A DNA stretch of 30,476 nucleotides from a virus. Location: positions 1 to 30,476 of the IMG/VR virus record IMGVR_UViG_3300045988_142700. The stretch is one strand, 5' to 3'. How positions within the stretch are numbered: the stretch's first letter is position 1; every line of letters starts with the position of its first letter. Below are positions 23,279 to 30,476 of the stretch, in pieces. The position numbers were made by a program, and so were the translations under genes. The notes beneath the pieces were generated by a model, which had not been told where the DNA came from, ran no database searches, and was given only the letters and a program-made list of their open reading frames with translations.

Positions 23279-23923
23279 TTGAGAAGAATAAAATATTTTG
23301 AAGGACAGCATGAGACAAAGCCTATAAAAGACCAGAAAACAATAGATGCACTGTATGGGTATTTTCTGAAAAAAATCGACAATGCAAAATCAGACTGTAA
23401 AAAATATCAGTGGGAGCGTAACTATATGCTTGTGCATATCGGGCTTAATACAGCTTTCAGGGCAGAGGATTTGCTACAGTTAAGGGTTATTGATGTTTAC
23501 AAGGGTTATATTCAGATTAAGGAAAACAAGACCGGGAAAATGCAGAATTTCAAGATGAATAAACAGCTGCATCAAGATGTGCTTGCTTATATTGATAAAT
23601 ATAAACTTGGAAAATATGATTACTTATTCAGAGGACAGAAACGCTATGTGGCAGGAAAGGCTTATATATATCCTATAAACAGGCAGATGGGACATAGGAT
23701 TATATCAAGTGCAGGAGAAGCGATAGGAATACCATATACATTCGGGCTTCATTCACTAAGAAAAACATTTGGCTATCAATATATAAAACGTGGCGGCAAT
23801 GTCATAACTCTGATGAAGATGTATAACCATGATTCGCCTGATGTCACGCTAAGATATGTGTGCTGGGGAAAAGAGGACGCAGAGCATGACAGGACAGCCA
23901 TGTATATAGGACCGAAAAAGTAA
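23279..23923 (+). CDS. small tyrosine recombinase (catalytic domain only, 214 aa)
   Basis: TTG start 7 nt after GGAGAGGAG. Motifs are AFRAEDLLQL (Arg I), KTGK, HSLRKTF (H-x-x-R) and NHDSPDVTLRYV (His/Tyr). Confidence 0.8.
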   Translation: MRRIKYFEGQHETKPIKDQKTIDALYGYFLKKIDNAKSDCKKYQWERNYMLVHIGLNTAFRAEDLLQLRVIDVYKGYIQIKENKTGKMQNFKMNKQLHQDVLAYIDKYKLGKYDYLFRGQKRYVAGKAYIYPINRQMGHRIISSAGEAIGIPYTFGLHSLRKTFGYQYIKRGGNVITLMKMYNHDSPDVTLRYVCWGKEDAEHDRTAMYIGPKK

Positions 23924-23977
23924 TAAAAATAAGTTATCCACAAAGAAATAACGAGAAATCAACTTACGGTATCATTT

Positions 23978-24006
23978 TTGCAATATACAAATATATGCGA
24001 TACAAT
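23978..24006 (+). promoter_or_regulatory. candidate promoter for the late regulator
   Basis: TTGCAA, 17-nt spacer, TACAAT. Confidence 0.4.
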
Positions 24007-24078
24007 TAAAACACAGGGAACAGGCAGATTTAAAGGTTAAATAAAAGTGGGATAAAAAAATATACACTTTTAGGGATT

Positions 24079-24537
24079 ATGTATCATTTTTTAAGGGGTG
24101 AGAGATTGAGAGAGGCAACATATGCAGAAAAGAAAAAATATCTTGAAAGATATTATATATTAAAAAAAGAAGAACAGAATTTTGATACAGAAATAGCAGT
24201 TATAAATGATATGTATGGGTTGCATGCTGTTACAATAAATGGATTGCCAAAGTCACACAATCAGGCAGATTTATCAGATTCGATTATTAAAATTGACGAG
24301 AAATGTGATAATCTACGCAGAGAATACATAAAGAGAAGAGCAAAGGCTGTGCTTGCGGGAGTTGAGATATTAAATAAGATAAATGAACTTGACGACGAGG
24401 ATAATAAAAGAATATTGATTCAGCGACATGTGCTCATGCAAAGCATGAAGAGCATAGCAGAGAAAGAGAGTTACAGCCGCAGTGGATTAGATAAGAGATA
24501 TAGAAAAGCTGTCAACAGTATTAAATTAAAAATCTAA
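24079..24537 (+). CDS. sigma-70 region-4-like / ArpU-RinA-DUF1492-type late transcription regulator
   Basis: About 145-152 aa, just upstream of the packaging module. The C-terminus ILIQRHVLMQSMKSIAEKESYSRSGLDKRYRKAVNSI looks like a region-4 HTH. The likely start is the TTG at 24106, after AAGGGGTGAG. Confidence 0.5.
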   Translation: MYHFLRGERLREATYAEKKKYLERYYILKKEEQNFDTEIAVINDMYGLHAVTINGLPKSHNQADLSDSIIKIDEKCDNLRREYIKRRAKAVLAGVEILNKINELDDEDNKRILIQRHVLMQSMKSIAEKESYSRSGLDKRYRKAVNSIKLKI

Positions 24538-24614
24538 AAAAAATAAAGAGTGGACACCAGTAGACATTTATATATGTTAATATGTAATTGCTTCATAAAT
24601 GTTTACCAACAGAC

Positions 24615-24649
24615 AAAGCAGAGCGGAGTAAAATCCAATCTGCTTTTTT
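24615..24649 (+). terminator. hairpin plus T-run
   Basis: AAAGCAGA, 16-nt loop, TCTGCTTTTTT. Confidence 0.45.
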
Positions 24650-24651
24650 AT

Positions 24652-24721
24652 GCACTTTGGAGCAATGGCAGCTCGGCAGTTCCCTTCACTGTAGATTCCG
24701 GTTCGATTCCGGAAAGGTGCA
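24652..24721 (+). tRNA. tRNA-like cloverleaf (anticodon CCU/Arg if the loop is the standard 7 nt), non-canonical in detail
   Basis: Acceptor stem GCACTTT/AAGGTGC. D arm GAGC-AATGGCA-GCTC. Anticodon arm GCAGT-TCCCTTC-ACTGT. Variable loop AGAT. T arm TCCGG-TTCGATT-CCGGA. Deviations: one linker nt at positions 8/9, C33 and T37. Confidence 0.45.
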
Positions 24722-24740
24722 ATTACAAGGGCGGTTGAAT

Positions 24741-25079
24741 ATGACAGAATTACAGATTATATATGTAAAAGATTGTATAAAAGCAAAAGATATGCACAGG
24801 TTTTATATCTGGAGTGAGTGGCTTAAAGTAAGAAAAAGAGTTTTGGATTTAGACAAAGACGAGTGTCAGGATTGCAAAGCAAAAGGGATATATACAAAAG
24901 CAACGACTGTACATCATATTAATCATGTTAAAAATCGTCCTGACTTGGCACTTGAAATATATACAAATGATGGAGACACACGCAGACGCAATCTAGTAAG
25001 TCTTTGTCGCGATTGCCATGAGATTCGGCATGGCAGAAAGTACAGCGACAGGACGGCACTAACCGCTGAACGTTGGTAA
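24741..25079 (+). CDS. HNH endonuclease (packaging-associated)
   Basis: ECQDCKAKG...VHHINH...NLVSLCRDCHEIRHG, directly upstream of the terminase genes. Confidence 0.85.
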   Translation: MTELQIIYVKDCIKAKDMHRFYIWSEWLKVRKRVLDLDKDECQDCKAKGIYTKATTVHHINHVKNRPDLALEIYTNDGDTRRRNLVSLCRDCHEIRHGRKYSDRTALTAERW

Positions 25080-25287
25080 TCCCCCCGGTTGAAAAAATTG
25101 AAAAATTTTTTGACTTACCAAAGACCGGTGCAAAACTCGACAATTCAGATTTTTCCGCACATGTGCGTAAAATGATTTTTTCACGAAAAAGAGGGTTAGA
25201 GTTTCTTATTTTTTATGTAGAGTTATTTAGAGTAAAAAACGACATTTCAATTATAACTTTTGAAATTGCTTGAAAGGGGGCTTTTTC

Positions 25288-25611
25288 ATGGCAACAATTT
25301 CACAAAAAATCAGCAAATCGTTAAAAGAACAGCTTAAACGTAAGGGTGCGGACGAATATCACTTTGAAAAGCTCGTTGATGATTACTGTATGCTTTTTGA
25401 AACAAAAACGAAATTGCAGCAAGACATTTCAGAAAACGGCGTTGTATTAACAGAATATAACGTAAAAGGCAATGAAGTGCATAAGACAAATCCTGCGGTT
25501 GCAGAAGTTACAAGAGTAGTCAAGGCAATGTTGAACATTCTTGATAAATTAGGCATTAATGCGGATGATAACATAAAGGACGGCGACGAAGATAATGATT
25601 GCGGATTGTAG
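25288..25611 (+). CDS. terS: terminase small subunit (P27 family)
   Basis: ATG after AAGGGGG. 107 aa, LFETKTKLQQDISENGVVL...NPAVAEVTRVVKAMLNILDKLG. Confidence 0.8.
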   Translation: MATISQKISKSLKEQLKRKGADEYHFEKLVDDYCMLFETKTKLQQDISENGVVLTEYNVKGNEVHKTNPAVAEVTRVVKAMLNILDKLGINADDNIKDGDEDNDCGL

Positions 25612-27256
25612 AATTGATGATTATATAAATTTAATACGTGGAAGACCTTATCCGATTTGCGAAGAACAGTTCCAGCTCTGTGATTTGGTGGAAGATGTAT
25701 TTGCAACAGAAGATGTGTATGTTGATTCAGGACAGCTTGATAAATATATGCAGTTTCAAAGATATTTTCCATTTAATTTACTGCCATGGGAGCAGTTCTG
25801 TTTTGCTCTTCATAATTGTGTATACCGCAAATCTGACAATCAGCTTCGATTTCCGAGACTTGTAATTTACGTCGGGCGTGGAAGCGGTAAAAACGGTTAT
25901 CTGTCGTTTGAAGATTTTGCTCTTTTAACGCCGGTGAACGGAATAAAAAATTATAATATTGACATTTTTGCCATGTCTGAAAAACAGGCGAAGATGTCTT
26001 TTTTTGACGTTTACGATATGCTTGAAGCTAATAAAAGTGTTATGAAAAAACATTTTTACTGGACGAAAGAGGTTATAAAAAATATTAAAACCGGCTCAGA
26101 ACTTGCATTCAACACGTCAAGTCCAAAAACAAAAGATGGTTTCAGACCCGGAAAAGTTGACTTCGACGAATATCATGCGTATGACAGCATGAAGCTTGTT
26201 GACGTTGCAGTAACAGGTCTTGGAAAAAAGCCGCATCCTCGTCAGACTATTATAACAACAGACGGAGATGTAAGAGATGGACCGCTTGATACAGAGATAG
26301 CAAAGTGTAAACAGATTTTAAAACGTGATATTCCTGACAACGGCACATTGCCGTTTATGTGCAGAATTCCGGATAAAACGCTGATCAACGATAAGAAAAA
26401 TTGGACAATGGCTAATCCGTCATTTATTTACTTTCCGCATTTGCAAAATGAGATGAACATCGAATTTGCAGATTATAAGCTCGATCCAATCGGACACGCT
26501 TCTTTTGCAACGAAACGCTGTAATTGTCCGCTGGGAATAAAAGAAGCAGCGGTTACAGATTGGGAGAATATAGCAAAGACAAATATTGTTATTCCAGAAT
26601 TTGACGCAGGAACGGCAGCAGTCGGAGGCATTGACTACGCAAGCACAGAGGACTTTGTTGCCGCAGGGCTTCTTGTGATTAAAGACAATGTTGATTATTG
26701 GATAACACACAGCTGGGTTTGCAAAGAATCTAAGGATTTGCCTCGTATTAAAGCACCGCTTTTGGAATGGGAAGATGCAGGATTGTTGACTTTTGTTGAT
26801 GGTCCGGAGATTCCGCCGGAGACTCCTGCAGCATGGCTTGAGAATATGCAGAGACACTTTAACATTATAAAAGTGGGAATTGATAAATACAGATATACGC
26901 TTTTATCAAAGGCTCTTACTGAGTCGGGATTTTCAAGCGGAAAAGACGGTAATATCTCACTTATACGACCGTCTGATGAAATGATGATTATTCCTACGAT
27001 TTCGTCACTGTTCAACAATCATCAAATCGCATGGGGTGACAGTCCGATTATGCGGTGGTATTGCAACAATGCAAAAAGAGAGACTTCTTCAAATGGGAAT
27101 ATGACGTATGCCAAGATTGAGCCTAAGTCACGAAAAACAGACGGCTTTAAGGCTTTTGTGGCGGCTGAAATATTAAGGGATGAACTTATAAGCTACAATG
27201 AAATTAGCCAGGACATATTGCAAAGCACTGATACTTCGATGTGCTGGACATATTAA
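25595..27256 (+). CDS. terL: terminase large subunit
   Basis: 553 aa. Walker A-like VGRGSGKNG, FDEYH, and a C-terminal nuclease region. The layout matches Terminase_1. Confidence 0.9.
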   Translation: MIADCRIDDYINLIRGRPYPICEEQFQLCDLVEDVFATEDVYVDSGQLDKYMQFQRYFPFNLLPWEQFCFALHNCVYRKSDNQLRFPRLVIYVGRGSGKNGYLSFEDFALLTPVNGIKNYNIDIFAMSEKQAKMSFFDVYDMLEANKSVMKKHFYWTKEVIKNIKTGSELAFNTSSPKTKDGFRPGKVDFDEYHAYDSMKLVDVAVTGLGKKPHPRQTIITTDGDVRDGPLDTEIAKCKQILKRDIPDNGTLPFMCRIPDKTLINDKKNWTMANPSFIYFPHLQNEMNIEFADYKLDPIGHASFATKRCNCPLGIKEAAVTDWENIAKTNIVIPEFDAGTAAVGGIDYASTEDFVAAGLLVIKDNVDYWITHSWVCKESKDLPRIKAPLLEWEDAGLLTFVDGPEIPPETPAAWLENMQRHFNIIKVGIDKYRYTLLSKALTESGFSSGKDGNISLIRPSDEMMIIPTISSLFNNHQIAWGDSPIMRWYCNNAKRETSSNGNMTYAKIEPKSRKTDGFKAFVAAEILRDELISYNEISQDILQSTDTSMCWTY

Positions 27257-27271
27257 CGAGGAGGTGAGAAT

Positions 27272-28456
27272 TTGGGATTAAGAACATTTATTCACAATAT
27301 CGTTACAGGCACGACTGAAGAGGTGAGTGCTGAAACAGTTGTGAGTGAAACTGTTGACAGTGATAAATTGGAGGCTCTTGTTGCTGAAGAATTTATGATA
27401 AATGTTGCAATAAACTTGATTGCAAACGCTGTCAGCAAATGTGAATTTAAAACATATGTAAGAGGTACTGAAGTAAAAAAAGACGAGTATTTTCTATGGA
27501 ATTATCAGCCTAATGTCAATCAGAATGCAAATGAATTCATGCATGAATTAATATACAGGCTACTCTATGAAAACAGAGTTCTTGTATTTGAAGCAGCAGG
27601 GCAGCTTTTTATTGCTGATGGATTTACGGAAGGAACAGAAGTTTTTAACGAACGGATGTTTTATAACATATCATGCGACAGTTTTTCGCTTGGCTCGGCA
27701 AGGAAAATGTCAGAAGTCATGTATTTTAAATTAAATAGCATGTCAATAAGGCAGCTTCTTGTAAATCTTGTTGATGGTTATGGCGAATTGATGTCAACAG
27801 CTTACGATAAATTTTACAAAAGTGGCGGAGAAAAAGGAATATTGTCAATTGATTCTCCTAAGCTTACAGGCGAGTTAAAGACGCTTAACAAGACATATGA
27901 TGAAGTCATGGAAGACCTCATGAATAACAGATTTAAGCGATATTTTAAAAACCGAAATGCTGTATTGCCACTTTTCAATGGTTATTCGTATGAAAGCAAA
28001 AACAGTGAATCAACGAAAAAGGCAACGTCTGAGTTAAATGATGTGATTAACATTGACGACAGGATAGTTGCAAAGGTTGCAAATGCTTTTGGTGTTCCGA
28101 TTCCGCTTTTAAAAGGTGATATATCAGAAGTTGAAAAGATAACAGGTAACTTCCTGACTTTTTGTATAGATCCGTTATGTAATATGATTCAGACGGAGAT
28201 TAATAAAAAACGTTGTGGTAAGGCGGTTCTTAACGGCACCGGTGTAAAGATTGATACAACTTCAATTTTACACATAGATTTGTTCTCTATTGCGGAAAAA
28301 ATAGACAAATTAATAAGCAGCGGAATGTATAGCATAGATGAATTACGCCGACGGTGCGGTGATTCTGAATTAAATACAGAATTTAGCAGAAAGCACTGGA
28401 TTACAAAAAATTATGAAAATATGGAAGGAGGAGAAGAAAGTGCCGAAAAATCTTAA
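27272..28456 (+). CDS. portal protein (HK97 family)
   Basis: TTG start after GAGGAGGTGA. 394 aa, placed between TerL and the protease. Confidence 0.85.
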   Translation: MGLRTFIHNIVTGTTEEVSAETVVSETVDSDKLEALVAEEFMINVAINLIANAVSKCEFKTYVRGTEVKKDEYFLWNYQPNVNQNANEFMHELIYRLLYENRVLVFEAAGQLFIADGFTEGTEVFNERMFYNISCDSFSLGSARKMSEVMYFKLNSMSIRQLLVNLVDGYGELMSTAYDKFYKSGGEKGILSIDSPKLTGELKTLNKTYDEVMEDLMNNRFKRYFKNRNAVLPLFNGYSYESKNSESTKKATSELNDVINIDDRIVAKVANAFGVPIPLLKGDISEVEKITGNFLTFCIDPLCNMIQTEINKKRCGKAVLNGTGVKIDTTSILHIDLFSIAEKIDKLISSGMYSIDELRRRCGDSELNTEFSRKHWITKNYENMEGGEESAEKS

Positions 28457-29267
28457 AATGAAATACAGAGTTATGCAGGAGACAGATAAGCCGATTAAGA
28501 TTTATGTGTATGATGAGATTACAGCAACAGGTGATTTTAACTGGGAGACATGGCAGTATGATGAATCTGATACATCAGCAAACCATTTTGCAAAAATGCT
28601 TGCAGATATTCCGGATGGAACACAGATTGAATTACATATAAATTCGTATGGCGGCGAAGTTAAAGAGGGAGTTGCAATATACAATCTTCTTAAACAGAAA
28701 AACTGTCAAAAAACATGTTATATTGACTGTTTTGCATACTCGGTTGCCTATGTCATTGCAATGGCGTGCGACAAAATTATCATGGGCTTGGGTTCCAGCA
28801 TTATGATTCACGAAATGTGGACTGTCGCCTGTGGTAATGCTGATGAGCTGCGAAAACAGGCTGATGATTTAGATGTGTTGATGCAGTCAAATAGACAGAT
28901 TTTTCTTGCAAGATGCAATCTTGATGAGAATACGCTTATTGATATGATGAAAGCCGAGACGATTCTTACACCTGAAAAGTGTCTGGAATATGGCTTTTGT
29001 GATGAGATAAGCGAACAGGCAGCAGTTGAGCAGTCAAACATCAATCAGTGCAATCAGATGATGATAATGCAGATGAGGCATCAGATGAACAGTCAGATGT
29101 CGTTAAAAGAAAGCATGAAAGAGTTCTGTATGCGGGCAAGTAAGAACAACGAGCTGTCTGATCAGACGCATGGTAAACTAGAAGAACACACAGAAAATAA
29201 AGCACTTAATATGTTAGGTGCTTTTTTTGATGCATTTGCATCAGTAAATTTAAAAAATAACAAATAA
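28440..29267 (+). CDS. ClpP-family prohead protease with a Q/M-rich C-terminal scaffold-like extension
   Basis: GTG start 8 nt after AGGAGG. INSYGGEV...AYSVAYVIAMACD...IMIHE matches ClpP/S14. The C-terminus is QCNQMMIMQMRHQMNSQMSLKE. Confidence 0.8.
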   Translation: MPKNLKMKYRVMQETDKPIKIYVYDEITATGDFNWETWQYDESDTSANHFAKMLADIPDGTQIELHINSYGGEVKEGVAIYNLLKQKNCQKTCYIDCFAYSVAYVIAMACDKIIMGLGSSIMIHEMWTVACGNADELRKQADDLDVLMQSNRQIFLARCNLDENTLIDMMKAETILTPEKCLEYGFCDEISEQAAVEQSNINQCNQMMIMQMRHQMNSQMSLKESMKEFCMRASKNNELSDQTHGKLEEHTENKALNMLGAFFDAFASVNLKNNK

Positions 29268-29280
29268 CAGGAGGAAATTT

Positions 29281-30476
29281 ATGTTAAACAAGGATTTATT
29301 ACAGGAAAAGAACAAACAGCTCATGCAGAGCTTGTCAGAAGCATTAAAGGCGGATGATACAGACAAAATGACAGAATGCCTGCAGCAGTTTGCCACAGGA
29401 GTTGAGCAGCGTATCATTGAAGAATATGCTGATTTGAGAAACAATAACGATATTGCGGTTCTCGCACAGCGTGGCGTAAGACAGCTTACAAGCGAAGAAA
29501 AAGAGTTTTATGAAAAGTGGGCTGACGCTGGAAGGAGCGGCAATCCACGACAGGCTCTTGTTGACATAAGCAAAGCTATGCCGCAGACAATTATTGATTC
29601 TGTGATTGATGATATGCAGGAAGCTCACCCTCTTCTTGCGGCAATCGACTTTATTAACTGTCAGGGTGCAATCAAGATGATTGTAAATGCGGATAACATA
29701 GAGCTTGCAACATGGAGTGCATTAACAACGCAGATTTCAACAGAACTTGCAGGTCAGATTAAGGAGCAGGATATGACGCTTGCAAAGTTATCAGCCTTTA
29801 TTCCTGTATCAAAAGATATGCTCGACCTTGGTCCGGCATGGCTCGATAACTATGTAAGAATTATTCTGTCAGAGGCATCAGCCGGAGGTCTTGAAAAAGG
29901 AATTGTAAAGGGTACAGGAAAAGATGAGCCTGTTGGAATGTGTAAAGACCTTGAGGCGGCTGTAACTAAAGGCGTGTATTCAGATAAATCAAAAACAGTA
30001 TTAAAGACACTTTCTGCTACAGATTATTGTGCAGCAGTTGCTCCACTTGCGAAAAAGCCGGATGGCGGCTATAGAGTTGTTCCGGAAGTTATGTTAATCG
30101 TAAATCCGGTAGATTATATCTCAAAGGTGATTCCGGCCTCAACAGTAAGAGATTCATCAGGAAACTATAAAAACAATGTATTTCCATATCCAACAAACGC
30201 AATCCAGTCGGCAGCACTTGCAGAAGGTGAGGCGATTCTTGGAATTCCTAATAAATACTTTATGGGTGTTGGTGCCGGAAACAGCGGTAAGATTGAATAT
30301 TCTGACGAATATCAGTTCTTACAGGATAACAGAGTATATCTCACAAAATTATATGCAATGGGTATGCCGAAGGACAACAATGCTTTTATTTATCTTGACA
30401 TCAGCAAATTAAAACCAGCGGATATTAAAGTTGAGGTAACTAACACAGAGGACAATCCTGTAAACACAAAAGCGAA
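29281..30476 (+). CDS. major capsid protein (HK97 fold family); it runs off the window end and finishes at 1..86
   Basis: RBS ACAGGAGG. MLNKDLLQEKNKQL...LTSEEKEFYEKW...GTGKDEPVGM...YLTKLYAMG. No stop codon occurs before the window end. Confidence 0.9.
   Translation, partial: MLNKDLLQEKNKQLMQSLSEALKADDTDKMTECLQQFATGVEQRIIEEYADLRNNNDIAVLAQRGVRQLTSEEKEFYEKWADAGRSGNPRQALVDISKAMPQTIIDSVIDDMQEAHPLLAAIDFINCQGAIKMIVNADNIELATWSALTTQISTELAGQIKEQDMTLAKLSAFIPVSKDMLDLGPAWLDNYVRIILSEASAGGLEKGIVKGTGKDEPVGMCKDLEAAVTKGVYSDKSKTVLKTLSATDYCAAVAPLAKKPDGGYRVVPEVMLIVNPVDYISKVIPASTVRDSSGNYKNNVFPYPTNAIQSAALAEGEAILGIPNKYFMGVGAGNSGKIEYSDEYQFLQDNRVYLTKLYAMGMPKDNNAFIYLDISKLKPADIKVEVTNTEDNPVNTKA
30422..30476. repeat. 55-bp terminal overlap identical to 1..55
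   Basis: Direct base-by-base comparison of the two ends. Confidence 0.95.

Noticed and set aside
24550-24740. ORFs 24550..24738 and the N-terminal 51 codons of 24588..25079
   Set aside because: The region holds a terminator-like hairpin and a tRNA-like fold. The HNH protein has a proper ATG at 24741 with an upstream AAGGGCGG, and homologous HNH proteins are ~110 aa.
25073-25273. 66-aa ORF between HNH and TerS
   Set aside because: It has no RBS and sits in AT-rich DNA full of repeats and palindromes. It is more plausibly the cos or packaging region.
1-30476. Stop-codon reassignment or an alternative genetic code
   Set aside because: TAA, TAG and TGA all terminate well-supported genes at sensible lengths. 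The single in-frame TAA at 21135 is better explained locally.
30422-30476. Terminal repeat as a genuine virion direct terminal repeat or a mobile-element LTR/TIR
   Set aside because: The repeat lies inside the capsid coding sequence and restores an intact ORF when the sequence is circularised. Its 55-bp length matches a common assembler k-mer. It is treated as circularisation overlap pending read evidence.

Overview
The window appears to be one complete, circularly permuted temperate siphovirus genome. It is AT-rich, uses strong AGGAGG-type ribosome binding sites (RBS) and has several TTG/GTG starts, which suggests a low-GC Gram-positive (Bacillota/Clostridia-like) host. Bases 1-55 are identical to 30422-30476, so the unique length is 30421 bp and the major capsid gene (29281..end) continues into 1..86. 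Module order on the + strand is as follows. (1) Head-tail joining and tail genes at 76-11286: connector, head closure, gp10-like, major tail, G/GT chaperone with a -1 frameshift, tape measure, Dit, and a 1492-aa Tal/receptor-binding protein. (2) Holin plus GH25-LysM endolysin at 11390-13108. (3) A promoter-driven accessory cassette at 13166-13650. (4) A repeat-rich attP-like region followed by a minus-strand tyrosine integrase and a DUF4236 membrane protein at 13650-16202. (5) An early operon at 16271-22418. (6) A self-contained cassette at 22617-23257: consensus promoter, toxin-like peptide, small membrane protein and a ribbon-helix-helix (RHH) protein. (7) A second, small tyrosine recombinase, a late regulator and a tRNA-like element. 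(8) The packaging and head genes: HNH, TerS, TerL, portal, ClpP-type protease and HK97-type capsid. The most interesting content is in the early operon: a phased 10-bp iteron array, then a small winged-helix gene, then a tubulin/FtsZ-family GTPase (GGGTGSG signature). That is a TubZRC-like type III partition or DNA-positioning system in a small phage that also encodes an integrase. No canonical CI/Cro-type HTH pair is visible. All calls rest on reading the sequence and recalled family motifs; no searches were run.
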